Notes under the pieces: generated by a model | Seen by the model: only the letters and a program-made list of their open reading frames with translations | What the model was told of the DNA's origin: nothing | Database searches by the model: none | Shown here: positions 13,234 to 27,304 of the stretch, piece by piece | Layout of the letters: the number at the start of each line of letters is the position of its first letter | How positions within the stretch are numbered: the first letter of the stretch is position 1 | DNA from: Eledone cirrhosa | Lineage: Eukaryota | Assembly (NCBI GenBank): GCA_964016885.1 | Contig: OZ024746.1 | Location: 77,810,001 to 77,874,000, forward strand | Direction: 5' to 3' | DNA: 64,000 nucleotides | Translations under genes and position numbers: made by a program

Positions 13234-13540
13234 GTTATATTTAATTTGTTGGGATACAACAAGCAAATACTTTTATAACTGATATAAAGCACTCAACAAA
13301 TGTTTGGAGTAAAAATACAATATATTAATTAACAAATGGAAATTATATTTATAAAACTGGGAGCTTCCAACCGACATGGTCGCATTCTTTAAGGATATGT
13401 CAATATTTGTTTATAAAACTGATTTATATTATATTTTATCTGATGAAAGTGCACCATAATTTGCTTTGGTGTCCTTGAAATATGTATAATGAAATAAATA
13501 TGGTTTTATAAATATAGTTTCCATTTGTTAATATATTGTA
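13208..13540 (+). mobile_element. Short Penelope-like terminal unit with a hammerhead and an inverted tail
   Basis: Homologous to 21420-21750. Segment 13208-13358 is the reverse complement of that copy's 3' tail. Confidence 0.75.
13433..13495 (+). ncRNA. Minimal type I hammerhead ribozyme
   Basis: ATTTTAT-CTGATGA-stem II (AAGTGCACCA/TGGTGTCCTT)-GAAA-TATGTA-TA-ATGAAAT. Confidence 0.8.
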
Positions 13541-13628
13541 TATATATATATGTATATTTACATACATACATACATATATATATATATATGTATATTTACA
13601 GACATACATACATGTATATATATATGTA

Positions 13629-13668
<40 letters not shown>

Positions 13669-13788
13669 TATATGTATATTTACATACATACATACATATA
13701 TGTATGTATATATGTATATTTACATACATACATACATACATATATATATGTATATTTACAGACATACATACATATATATATATATGTA

Positions 13789-13822
<34 letters not shown>

Positions 13823-13832
13823 CATACATACA

Positions 13833-13868
<36 letters not shown>

Positions 13869-14213
13869 TATATGTATATTTACATACATACATATATGTA
13901 TGTATATATGTATATTTACATACATACATACATACATATATATATGTATGTATATTTACATACATACATACATATATATATGGTGGCTGCCAGCTCTTTT
14001 TCGAGTACGGCCACTACTTTATATCCATGTAGGAGAACCCCTACCGATGCGCTGAACGAGTGTGACTTTTTAGTCCAGCCTGCGACATGAAAACTCTGGT
14101 ACAAACACTACATATATATATATATATATATGTATATTTACATACATACATTCATACATATATATATGTATATTTACATACAATCATACATATATATATA
14201 TATATTTACATAC

Positions 14214-14240
<27 letters not shown>
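13541..14240. repeat. (TACA)/(TA) compound microsatellite
   Basis: Direct reading. Confidence 0.95.
13981..14111 (+). mobile_element. Interspersed repeat embedded in (TACA)n; longer inverted copy at 41895-42295
   Basis: TGGTGGCTGCCA.CTC.TTTTCGAGTACGGCCACTACTTTATATCCATGTAGGAGAACCCC... matches the reverse complement of 42165-42295. Confidence 0.85.
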
Positions 14241-14245
<5 letters not shown>

Positions 14246-14477
14246 CTGCCACCATATCGACATCATTATGTGATTTTTAAAACACTTGTTCAGAATTAGA
14301 TTACTTAAGAATTAAAAGCTTTACTAAATTTAGTTTTGCTTCCAAGATTTTGTGGAAATGTGAAACTACTTCTACCTTAAAATATGAAATTATATTTTCA
14401 TTTCTATACTTATTTGTTCATCTTTTAATTATTACTTCCGATTTTAGTTTTAAATTAGAATTAATATTTGTAGTTAT

Positions 14478-15330
14478 TGGTGGTGGCAGTGGTGGTGTTG
14501 GTTGGGGTGATGGTTGGAATGAAGGTGGTGGTGGTGGTGGTGGTGGTTTGTCGAGATGGGGGAATGAAGCTGGTGGTGGTGGTGGTTGGGGTGATGGTTG
14601 GAATGTAGGTGGTGGTGGTGGTGGTGGTTTGTCGAGATGGGGGAATGAAGCTGGTGGTGGTGGTTGGAGTGATGGTTGGAATGTAGGTGGTGGTTGTGGT
14701 TGTCGGGATGGGGGAATGAAGCTGGTGGTGGTGTTGGTTGGAGTGATGGTTGGAATGAAGGTGGTGGTGGTGGTGGTGGTGGTTTGTCGGGATGGGGGAA
14801 TGAAGCTGGTGGTGGTGTTGGTTGGGGTGATGGTTGGAATGAAGGTGGTGGTGGTGGTTGTGGTGGTTTGTCGGGATGGGAGAATGAAGCTGGTGGTGGT
14901 GGTTGGGGTGATGGTTGGAATGTAGGTGGTGGTGGTGGTTGTGGTTGTCGGGATGGGGGAATGAAGCTGGTGGTGGTGGTTGTGTTGATGGTGGTGGTGG
15001 TGGTGGTGGTGGTGGTGGTCATGGTGATGGAGGTGTTTGTAGTGAAGGTGATGGGGTTATAGAACATTTGTGATTGTGGTGGGGGTGTTGATGGTGTTGG
15101 TAATGTGGACGTTAGTAGTGTTGGTAGTGGTGGTGATGTTGTTTATGGTGATGTTGGTAGCTGTGTTGGTGTTGTTTGGTAGTGTTAATGGTAGTAGTGG
15201 TGGTAGTGTTGTTGGTAGTGGTGGTGGTGTTGTTGGTAGTGGTGGTGGTGTTGGCGGTGGTGCTGTTGGTAGTGGTGGTGGTGATGTTGTTGGTAGTGGT
15301 GGTGGTGTTGGTAGTGGTGGTGGTAGTGTT
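14478..15330 (+). repeat. G-rich ~60-75 bp minisatellite grading into (GGT)n
   Basis: GGGGTGATGGTTGGAATG.AGGTGGTGG..TGTCGGGATGGGGGAATGAAGCT repeated about six times. Confidence 0.9.
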
Positions 15331-15613
15331 GATCATGACGGCTGTGGGTTTGGGATTTACCTTTCCTGCTATTTCCCGCTCCCCCACTCTATATCTTCTG
15401 AGCACCCCCACCCCCCACGTATCTCTTCCTGCTGCTGCTGCCATGTTCATGTTGTTAAGGTGATTATCATCATTAGACTCCTGTTAGTTATGAAAATCCC
15501 CTGAGGCATATTGCAAGAAGAAAGATAACTCCCCAGTGAGCCCTAGCATAGCCTTGACCCGATTTTGATTTCTCTCCCTTTCCTGCTTCTTCTGAAGTCT
15601 ACTTTCACTTTCA

Positions 15614-15693
<80 letters not shown>

Positions 15694-15954
15694 ACATAAA
15701 ATTTCATGTTTCCTTACTTTTAAGTGTTAGCTTATATGCATATGTGTGTGTGTATACACACACACACATATACACACACATATATATATATATCAACATA
15801 ATCATTGTTTAACATCTGCTTCCCATATATGTATATATGTATATATATACATATACATATTATGTATATATGTATATATGTATATGTATATATATATGTA
15901 TATATGTATATGTATATATATATGTATATATATATATATATATATATGTATATG

Positions 15955-16007
<53 letters not shown>

Positions 16008-16161
16008 GTGTATATATATATATGTATATGTATATATATATGTATATATATGTATATATGTATATGTATATATATATGTATATATATGTATATATATATA
16101 TATATATGAATGATGATGATATATATATGTATATATGTATATATATATATGTGTGTATATA

Positions 16162-16212
<51 letters not shown>

Positions 16213-16699
16213 ATATATAATTATTAGACTCATAGACCACATAAATTACTACTTATAATTCATCCTAACCCCTAACAGAATTATTTTACCTATTCCTTAT
16301 ATTTGTGGGGTTTTTTTCTTTCCTTCTCCTTTTCATTCCTTCCTTTCTTTTCATGATCGATTTTTTTTTCTCTCTTTTACTCTTTTTTTAAATGTTTTTA
16401 GGGAGTCCTGTTCTTTCCCTTTTTGTTCCTTTTTTTTGTTTCTTTTTTTTTTTTTTTTCTTCTTCTTGTACCTTATTCTATCTTGAATAGAGAGAAGTTT
16501 ACCTTGGCTGCATCAAAGCCATTAGAGTTAGGATTATCATATTGAAGACACTTGCTGTTGTATCTAGAGATTGAGAGAGATTGGTAACTCAATTAGGGAC
16601 TTCTCCTTGCATATCTGGGAATGGCTTCTCTCTTTGAAATATTTCATAATCAACCATGCCACCCTTGTATGTTTACCATACCACAGACAGACAGACAGA

Positions 16700-17300
16700 C
16701 AGCCACCACCACCACCACCATGATTAGTACACCACTAACTGCCCCACCATCACCATCACCAACATCATATTAACACACCACTGCCACCACCACACCATTA
16801 TCACTCCATTAACACCACCACCACCACCACTAATATCAACACACCGGTAACACCACCACCACCACCACCACCACTACTAACACCAGCACCATCATAACCA
16901 TTCTGCACTTTTTATTGTTTTCATTAGATTATGTCCAATATCTACCCTCTGTCTCCTCCTCCTCTTCCTCCTCCTCCTCCTCCTCCTCCTCCTCCACAGT
17001 CATCATCATCATCATCGTTATTGTTGTCATCACTGTCATCATAATCATCACCATCACCACTACCGTCATCATTGTTGTCATCACTGTCATCATCATAATC
17101 ACCACCATCATCTTCATCACTGTCATCATCATCATCACCACCACCACCACCACCACCACCACAACCACCACCACCACCACCACCATCAGCATCATCATTG
17201 TTGTCATTACTGTCATCATAATCATCACCACCACCACCATCACTGATGTCACCATCATCATCATCCTCTACATTGTCATCATCACAATCATCAATAACAA
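16700..17300 (+). repeat. (ACC)/(TCC)/(ATC) low-complexity tracts
   Basis: Direct reading. Confidence 0.9.
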
Positions 17301-17906
17301 CAATAGCAAAAATGTAAGCACCATTATGCCACATCTACTTTGCTTAAAAATCAACCATGTTTGGTTATTTGTTTATTTGTTTGTTTGATTTTTAACCTCC
17401 CCTTCCCTATCCCCCAGGTTCTACTAAAACCCCAGACCAAATCTCTCTCTCTCTCTCTAAGTCAAATCTCTTCACTAATATATTTCTCCATTATATTATA
17501 TGTTACTCGGAAGTGTTACATTGCACTTGACAACCTTGTTTGTGGTTATTAATGTAAAATGACGTGTGTTAAGTAGTTTCATTTCTCCTCTGGTTTTTCT
17601 TTGAAAATCAGTCACGGAGTGAATAAGAGGTTAGGTACCACCCTCAGACTTATGGGGAAGCACAGTGAGCCCTATACCTTGTGAGGTTTTGAACATTTAT
17701 CATGATGATCATTTTATATTTGCTGTCCATGCTGGCATTGGTTGTTGCTGTTGAAGGCAAGACCTGGTCAGACAACTAGGTCTAACTTGTACGTTCCATA
17801 CTTTATCAGCATTCCGGTAACACTATTTTCTGTCAAAGTACTGCTATTTGTCCCTTTCATATCAAATCATCAGAAACTGCTCATGGTTCCACAATACAAA
17901 ACTGCT

Positions 17907-18121
17907 TTGACCTTTTAGTATTTACATTACTTTCTATATATACTATTATATTTTCACAGTAAATGCTTTATCTCACATAATATCAAATCTATGAAATTTT
18001 GATATTTATTTTGAGAACACTACCTCAACATCAGTATGAGTGGCCAGTTACAGCTGGTTTGAACAGAAAGAGGTGAAAGAATTCTGGCCAGATATATCCA
18101 GTTTAAGTTCTAAAGGGTTAA
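17907..18121 (-). mobile_element. TTAA-bounded (piggyBac-type) MITE family C
   Basis: TTGA CCTTTTAGTATTTA ... TAAAGGG TTAA; reverse complement of the 18441 copy. Confidence 0.85.
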
Positions 18122-18440
18122 AGTGTTTCTATTTGTTTAAAAACCTTACATCACAATTTTATGTATGAACCTTAGTGCCCCAAACACTAGCTAAATAACA
18201 AGACAGTTAGTTTTGTTACTAAATCCCTCCAAATTTTTCATTAATTTCAAAATGATTCGAAAATCACAGGTAGTTCTTTCATTAGAAATGTGTTAACAAA
18301 ATCAGCCCTGGTTCTATCATATAAAGCTGTTTATATTAAAGTGTTTATATTTATCTTTAAAAACTTGCATTATTATTTTATTGGGAACCTTTGTTATGCT
18401 CCAAATGCCAGATAAATAATGAGAAAGTTTGATATATTAC

Positions 18441-18651
18441 TTAAGCCTTTAGCATTTAAACCAGCCATATCTGGCCAGAATTCTCTCACCTCTTTCTGTT
18501 TAAACTGGCTGTAACTGGCCACTCATACTGATGTTAAGGTATTGTTCTTAAAATAAATAACATCACAATCTCATAGATTCAATATTATGTGAGGTAAAGC
18601 CTTTACCGTGACAATACAATAGTATATATAATGTAAATGCTAAAGGATTAA
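18441..18651 (+). mobile_element. MITE family C
   Basis: TTAA GCCTTTAGCATTTA ... TAAATGCTAAAGGA TTAA: terminal inverted repeat plus TTAA target. Confidence 0.88.
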
Positions 18652-20892
18652 TCTTAAATTCTTGATTATTTTGAAAATCATAGGCTGTTTCATTAGAAAC
18701 ATTATATGGAAAGGTTTAGAAGATTAGTTACTTCAGGAAGCTGGAGATGACATGACATCTACCTAAATGTAGGATTAAAAATAAATGAAGAAGCATCCCT
18801 TTAATGAATTCTTTACTTTTGCTAATGAAGATGACAATGATAATGTATCTTTAAGTGTTTTGTACTATTATAATAATATATGACAGTGTAATTATTTGCT
18901 ACTTTTTTCTTCTTTGCTTTCTGACAACAGCACTTAGAGATCCTGGTGGAGTTCCTATACATCTCTCATTTGAGATACAAATTGCTGTCATTTGCTTAAT
19001 AATGTAGTTTTAGATTAGAGGAAGAAAAAAAAAAGATTCTCTATCCTTTTCTCTGTTAATAACAAAACAATGAGTCACTTAGAGTTGTTTTTAATTGTTA
19101 TGCTGAGTAAATATTCTGCATTTCTAAGTTCAAATCCTGCCAAAGTCTACAATTTTACCTTTCATCCTTTGGAGGTCAATAAAAAAAGGCAACAGACTAA
19201 TACTGGGATTGATTCTTCATCTCTCTCCAAAAGTCAAGATGTCGTCTGCTGTGTTCATACCTAGAGAGGGATGGGCTCTACCAAGCTGAACTACTTAAGA
19301 CACACTAACATTACACATCTAGTGGAATGTGCATGCTTCATTCCTTTTAAACCACCACCACAAATGTTCTTCACTCAAAGCCCACATTTTTTTGCCATGT
19401 AGCCGTGCAGTTTGCAACATATAATCTACTCTTCACTCAGAGGAAAGGGCCTTTGTTGCCAACATATACAACAGTTCTTTGTATTTCTTCCACCCTATTC
19501 TTTGTACTTTCGGTATATCTACTACTACTACTACTACTAGCAAAAGCTTTCTACTATTTCTAGTGAACATTCTGAACATTATTCAGTCGATGTTTGCAAC
19601 ATAATTCAGTAAATGTTCTTACATAAAATTATGATTGAAAGATCTTTTAGATAAATATAAACTCGTTCAAGCATATCATATCATAGAATCAGGTCTGGTT
19701 TTAGAGGATTTGGAATAAAATATGTTAACCTGACCTCATTTAGATGGAAAAACAGAAACCATAATCCATTCATTACCCTAATTCTAATGAAAGACACTGT
19801 CTGTGATTTTCATAAGTTTTTGAAAATAATTAATAGTTTAGAGGGATTTAGTAATATAACTAACTTTATTATTAAACTAGTGTTCAAAACATGACTTGGC
19901 AATGGTTCTTACATAAAATTATGAATTGTTTATATATATATATATATATATATATAATCATCATTTCCGTTTAGCATCAATTCTTCCATGCTCACATGGG
20001 TTAGATGGGTCGTCCATGCTGGGAGGCAAGTCTAGCCATGGTTGGCCATGTCACACCTTGCTCTGGCTGAGTATTTTACAGCTGGCTTTCCTTAACACCA
20101 GCCACATTTACAGTGTGAGACATATATACTTTAAAACAAATAGCATTGCATCATAGAACCAGGGACAACTTCAGCTAAATTGTTATTTAAAAGGGTTAAA
20201 ATACAATAAAAAGTTTAACTGTTTCATATATCCTGGTGTATAAATTCCAGAATTTTATTTAGCCTTATCTTAGATTCACAGAACACGTTTATATTTTTGT
20301 TAGTTTTGTATATATTTAATACATCTGATCTCAGCTTTGTGTGAGTGAGTGAGTGAGAGAGAGCTATTTCTTTCTCTTGGTGTATTTTTTTCCTTCTTCG
20401 TTCCATTGTTTCCTAGGATTCACCATTTCTGTAAATCTAATCTTTCTTTATCATAAGTATCACACTCTTGTGAGATTTATTCTCCTTATTCAAGCCACCA
20501 ATCCTATATATATTCAGGTTAATCTCCAAATTTCTATTAATCCTCCTTTCTACAGTTTTACTAATCACTTCAAGTGGAATATGAATTCTATTCTTTCCGC
20601 TAACCTATGGCTGTTGATTCTAACAGATTTTCTACATTGTTAATGTCTGTTTGGATAAACTTGGTCAGCTTTCTTTCTTCATACTCTTTGATAATAGGAA
20701 AGAATTGGCATAGGAGTAGGTGTGGCTGTGTGATAAAGGTGTCTGCCATGCAACCATGTGGTTATGAGTTCAGTTCCATTCAAAGGCATCTTGAACAAAT
20801 GTCTTCTATTATAGCCGTGTACCATGATAGAATGCACCCAGTACACCCTGTAAAGTGGATGATGTTAGAAGTCTGTCATGTATATATATATA

Positions 20893-21068
20893 TATAAGAA
20901 AAGGTTCAAGACCCAGAAATAGCTGTCGAAACGGCTTGAGCTCTGCCGTCGGGGTCTTGAACATTTTCCTATTACCCCCTCTACTACCCTAAGTATTGAG
21001 TACTCTGGTGAGTTATGGTCCACCTGGAGTTATGGTCCACCTGGTTCCTTACCACACTTCCTTTGTTG
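20893..21068 (+). mobile_element. Short repeat with a terminal hairpin (family D); related copy at 59909-60097
   Basis: AAGAAAAGGTTCAAGACCC pairs with GGGGTCTTGAACATTTTCCT; the tail CTACTACCCTA.GTATTGAGTACTCTG..ATGGTCCACCTGG is shared. Confidence 0.75.
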
Positions 21069-21419
21069 TGTGTGTGTGTGCAAAAAACAGTTGGCAGGTC
21101 TCTTCAGTTGTGAAAAAAGCAGGATAACTTCACTATTGTTGGTGGTCTACATGATAAATGCACCCAGTACACTCTGTAGAGTGGTTTTTAATAAGAAGAG
21201 CACCCAGCCACAGAAAACTTACCAAACAAACAGATTGGGAGGATTCTTCAGCTGTATTGAAAACATGACAACCACCCTAGTGCTGGTGCCAAAATAAAGT
21301 GCAGTGGGTGCACCCTGCAGTATGCAGGAATATGTGTAAGCGAGAAGTGGGGCCCCGTGAGTAGCTCCATTTAAGTATTTTCTCGTACTGAAAATGGATG
21401 TTAAATGGGGATGATGACA

Positions 21420-21750
21420 ATGATGGTGTATGTGTTTATATCTCGTAAGGTATACAAAGAGTGTGAAAGTCTGTTATAAACTATCCAGTGAATTTCCAAC
21501 CGATAAGGTATGATTTTCATGGGTTTGTCTCTATTTAAAAAACAAACTTTATATTTTATCTGATGAAAGCGTACCAATGTTGTCTTGGTACCCTTGAAAT
21601 ATATATAATAAAATAAATATGGTTTTATAAATAGAGTTTCCATTTATTTAATATCATTGAATATTTACTCCAGTAAACTGTTGAGTGCTCTAAATCAGTT
21701 ATAAACATTTATATTTGTCGGACTTCCAACAAATTAAATACCCCTTCTAC
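21420..21750 (+). mobile_element. Short Penelope-like terminal unit with a hammerhead
   Basis: Homologous to 13208-13540; ends at a (TA)n tract. Confidence 0.75.
21553..21614 (+). ncRNA. Minimal type I hammerhead ribozyme with an intact core
   Basis: Stem I ATTTTAT/ATAAAAT; CTGATGA at 21560; stem II 21567-77/21585-95 (10 of 11 pairs); GAAA at 21596; palindromic ATATATAT stem III; predicted cut after 21607. Confidence 0.88.
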
Positions 21751-21899
21751 TTATATATATATATATATGTGTGTGTGTTTATGTTGTGTCCATTAGCGGT
21801 TTGACAAAGAAAACAAATGGATCGGGATAAATACTAGATTAAATAAACCCTACCATTTGACTGCTTTTATATATATATACATATATAGAAATGAGATGA

Positions 21900-22095
21900 T
21901 AGGGACTGGGGTCCCTATCATTCCACTGCAAAGTGGTCGTGGAGGTGCCACGGTAAAAAAGCACCCAGCACTCACTGTAAATGAGGTTGGTGTTAGGAAG
22001 GGCATCCAACTGTAGAAATCAAGCCAGAATCAGTTCCCGTCCCACCCTTGCAAGCAGGGAAAAAGCGGACATAAAATGAAAAAAAATGAATGATG
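21900..22095 (+). mobile_element. SINE-like repeat with an RTE-type 3' tail
   Basis: Ends CCCGTCCCACCCTTGCAAGCAGGGAAAA.GCGG, the same tail as the RTE end at 31241-31275. Confidence 0.65.
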
Positions 22096-22262
22096 ATATA
22101 TATATTGACTCCTCTGAGAGAATGAAAAGCAAAATTGACCCTGGTAAGATTTGATCTCAGAACATGAAGAGCTGATAAAATGCCACATTGTAATGATTCT
22201 GACAGAAACCCATCTTTAAGCCATTGTAACTAATGATGATATTGATGATGCTAATATTAATT

Positions 22263-22446
22263 ATAATTGTTTCTACTTTTTGGCACAAGGCCAGCAAATT
22301 ACCCCAGTGCATTACTGGTACTTTATTTTATCAACCCCGTAAGGATGAAAGGCAAAGTTAACCTCGGCGGGATTTGAGCTCAGAATGGCAAGGGCCGTAG
22401 CTCTATGCGTCAAAGCATGGCGTCCGACCCTCTACCGATACTGCCT
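22263..22446 (-). mobile_element. SINE family A
   Basis: A box, B box, central domain and 3' end in reverse complement. Confidence 0.92.
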
Positions 22447-22755
22447 ATAATAAGAATTAAAGTAAAACTAATCAGTTTATCACTGCCTATTGATTTGTAT
22501 CTACCTTCAAAGGAAAAATATATTTTTTTTTAAAAAGCAAGACTTTACTCGTCAGTATGAAACATGGTAGCCAAATGATTAGGTGATTTCATAAAAAATA
22601 AAGAAAATTTAAATTTAAATGTGCATGTGTGTGTATATGTGAAAAATTATGTATATATATATATATATGTGTGTGAGTGTGAGTGTTTGCGTTTGCGTGA
22701 ATGCATGAGTATGATTATGTGTATGTATGTGTATACAATATTTTCTATACCTTTC

Positions 22756-22821
<66 letters not shown>

Positions 22822-23059
22822 ATATGTATGATTGTGTGTGTATGTATATGTATGATTGTGTGTGTATGTGTGTGTGTGTGTGTATGCATGAGTTTGATTG
22901 TGTGCGATTGTTTATGTGTGTGTGTGTGTGTGTGTGTGCATGAGTTTGATTGTGTATGTGTGTGTGATTTTTGGAAAGTGGAATGTATGGAAATGGTTGC
23001 AGAAGTTTATTATAAAAGGTATGTAAAATATGCCATCTACAATTGTAAATGGTGATAAA

Positions 23060-23992
23060 GGATTAAGGCAGTGGTAGTAGTGGTGCAGGTGGTGGTAGTA
23101 GTGGTGGGGGTGACAGTTATGGTGGTGATAGTAGATGTAATGATGGTGATGGCGGAATTGTAGTAGTGGTGGTGGTGGTGGTGGTGGTGGTCTTGATGGT
23201 GATTGTGGTAATAGGGATAGTGGTAGATGTGGTGGTGGTGGTGGTGGTGGTGGTGGCAGCAGTGGTGGTGATTGTGGTGATAGTAGATGTAATGATGGTG
23301 GATTTGTGGTGGTGGTGGTGGTGGTGGCAGTGGTTTTGATGGTGATTGTGGTAGATGTGGTGGTGGTGGTAGTAATAGCAATAGTGGTGGTGGTGGTGGT
23401 GGTGGTGGTGGTGGTGGTTGTAATAGTAATAGTGGTAGACATGGTGGTGGTGGTGGTAATAATAGCAATAGTGATGGTGGTGGTGGAAATAATAGCAATA
23501 GAGGTAGATATGGTGGTGGTGGTGGTGGTGGTTGTAATAGTAATAGTGGTAGATATGGTGGTGGTGGAGGTGGTAGTATTAGCAATAGTGGTAGATATGG
23601 TAGAGGTGGTAGTATTAGCAATAGTGGTGGTGGTTCTAATAGTAATAGTGGTAGATATGGTGGTGGTGGAGGTGGTAGTATTAGCAATAGTGGTAGATAT
23701 AGTGGAGGTGGTAGTATTAGCAATAGTGGTGGTGGTGGTTCTAATAGTAATAGTGGTAGATATGGTGGTGGTGGTGGTGGTGGTTGTAATAGCAATAGTG
23801 GTAGATATGGTGGTGGTGGAGGTGGTAGTATTAGCAATAGTGGTAGATATGGTAGAGGTGGTAGTATTAGCAATAGTGGTGGTGGTGGTGGAGGTGGTAG
23901 TATTAGCAATAGTGGTGGTGGTGGTGGTTGTAATAGCAATAGTGGTGGTGGTGGTGGAGGTGGTAGTATTAGCAATAGTGGTGGTGGTGGCA
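23060..23992 (+). repeat. (GTG)n-derived minisatellite (GGTAGTATTAGCAATAGTG units)
   Basis: Direct reading. Confidence 0.92.
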
Positions 23993-24144
23993 ATGATTCT
24001 TATCAATTTAATCTTATTGATAATTTTTCAATTCTTATTTTATTTATTTCTCTCTCCCATAAGCTAGATTTAAAAAGAAAAGCAAAAAACAAGGCAAAAA
24101 AATAAAAGAGAAATAAATGTATAATTTTTATTATCAAATAGATA

Positions 24145-24280
24145 GATGGTCTGTGTGTGTGTATATATATATATATGGTTGGTGTGTGTGTGTGTGTATA
24201 TATGTATATGGTTTGTGTGTGTGTGTATATATATATATATATGGTTGGTGTGTGTGTGTGTGTATATATATATATGGTTG

Positions 24281-24313
<33 letters not shown>

Positions 24314-24734
24314 TATGGTTGGTGTGTGTGTGTATATATATATATATATATGGTTGGTGTGTGTGTGTGTATATATATATATGGTTGGTGTGTGTGTGTG
24401 TATATATATATATATGGTTGGTGTGTGTGTATATATATATATATGGTTGGTGTGTGTGTGTATATATGTATATGGTTGGTGTGTGTGTGTGTATATATAT
24501 ATATGGTTGGTGTGTGTGTATATATATATATATGGTTGGTGTGTGTGTGTGTGTATATATATGTATATGGTTGGTGTGTGTGTGTGTATATATATATATA
24601 TATGGTTGGTGTGTGTGTGTGTATATATATATATATGGTTGGTGTGTGTGTGTGTATATATATATATGGTTGGTGTGTGTGTATATATATATATATGGTT
24701 GGTGTGTGTGTGTGTGTATATATGTATATGGTTG

Positions 24735-24768
<34 letters not shown>

Positions 24769-24944
24769 GGTTGGTGTGTGTGTGTGTATATATATATATG
24801 GTTGGTGTGTGTGTGTGTATATATATATATATGGTTGGTGTGTGTGTGTGTATATATGTGTGTGTGTGTGTGTATATATATATGTGGTTTGTGTGTATAT
24901 ATATATATGGTTGGTGTGTGTGTGTGTGTATATATATATGGTTG

Positions 24945-25004
<60 letters not shown>

Positions 25005-25045
25005 TTTGTGTGTGTGTGTATATATATATATATGTGTGTGTGTGT
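24145..25045 (+). repeat. Compound minisatellite ATGGTTGG(TG)n(TA)n, ~30 units
   Basis: Direct reading. Confidence 0.95.
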
Positions 25046-25294
25046 GGCACAGTGTGAGTTTGTGGTATCGTGTCTTTTGCTGCTTTTCTCTCTGCATCAC
25101 ATTTATATATATATATATGTATATATATATGTGTGTGTGTATATATGTGTGTATATATATATGTGTGTTTGTATATATATGTGTATATATGTGTATGTGT
25201 TTGTATATGTGTGTGGTGTGTGTGTGTATATATGTGTGTACACGTTTGTAGGTGTATGTGTGTGTGTGTGTATACATATGTTTGTTTGTGTACC

Positions 25295-25329
<35 letters not shown>

Positions 25330-25837
25330 GCGTTTCTACACGTTGCATACACGTATATTTACATCATATCCATCACATGTACATACATATATCACTTATA
25401 TACATACTCTTAGCAGCACATTTTGCTGGGGGGGGGGGGGGGGGGGGAAGTGCATAATATTCCTTCATTGTGGTGATGGTGATGATGGTGGTGGTAGTGG
25501 TGGTGGTGGTAGTGATGATGGTGCTGGTGGTGGTAATGGTGACAGTGACTTGTTCCCTATAACCCTAAGAGAAATAATAATAATAATTTTGATTATACAT
25601 ATATTGTTTTTATCATTTAATCTTTCAGTACTTATATATAAGTGAAAGATTAAGGATAAAAATTATTCTAGGGTTATAGGGGATAAATCACCACCACCAC
25701 CGCACTAGGACACAGTAGTGCGCACACACACACGTGTGTGTGTGCATGTACACACACACACACACACACCATTTTTGCTCCATATTGTCTCCAGAAGGAA
25801 AATAAAGATAAGTTTAAAAGAACATATATATTATGTG

Positions 25838-25924
<87 letters not shown>

Positions 25925-26375
25925 TTATATGTGTGTGTGTGTATATGTGTACATACATATGTAAAGAATTTGAATTTATTGGAGTGCAGAGTAGGCTTAA
26001 GGTTTTCTTGTAAATATAAGTAAATTTGCTCCTGATTAGGGAAGTTCTTTTCTGCTAGGTTTCCTGTACTACTATTCAATTCCTCTGGTAGATAATAAAC
26101 TTTGAATCATCAGTGTACGTATGTAGCTTGTGTATGGTGCAGTAAGATGAAGAGCACCAGAAGTAAGAGGTACTAAAAGAAGTACAATGAAATATATAGA
26201 TATGTAGAAAGGGAAAAATATGATGTTGATGATGATATTAAAGCTAAGATATTAAAATCTTTAATATCAAAGTCGTTCTATTGATTCATCTGGGTTAAAA
26301 ATAAAGATATATAGAATAATATAATAAGTATTGTACATACAGAATTTAATCTCTAAAGAAGAACGACTTAGCTTT

Positions 26376-26775
<400 letters not shown>

Positions 26776-27304
26776 CACATTTTCATTGGATTCTATAGAG
26801 TATTATATATTATGAATTTTGAAGCTGCTGAGTTTGGAAACTGATGTTACTAAAAAGATGTTCTAGCTTGTTATGTATGAATATATAAGTTAAGAAAGAC
26901 ACATATTTTGGCTTGACTTCACTTTAATAATCTTGTATTTTATTTTTATCTTCCTATCTTTTAATTTGATTTCGTTAATCTTTCGTTAAATTCAGCTTTA
27001 AAATGAAATATGCAATTAAGCCATATGAAAAAATAATGAAAAAATGAATAAATCACAATTAAGTTTTTTTTGTTTTGTTTTAATTTTGTTATTTTTTTTT
27101 TACTTTAGTTTGATTTAATTTGATTAGTTTGAGTAAAATGTTGAAGCAGGTGTGTGTTCATATCGCTCATTTTGAAGCAGAATAAAAGTATATAGAAGTC
27201 TAACAAATATTTGGCAGCCACTTTCAAGTTCTCTGCCCTATTTAAAATCGTTCATTCTTTTATTAGTTCCAGTTATTAGACTGTAGCCATCCTAGGGCAT
27301 TGCT

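Noticed and set aside
13981-14015. HDV-like ribozyme at the start of the TACA-associated repeat
   Set aside because: It folds as a simple hairpin; no P2/P3/L3 nested pseudoknot pattern was found.
14350-14925. Gly/Trp-rich ORF resembling a structural protein
   Set aside because: It derives from a G-rich minisatellite whose units shift frame; no splice or codon support.
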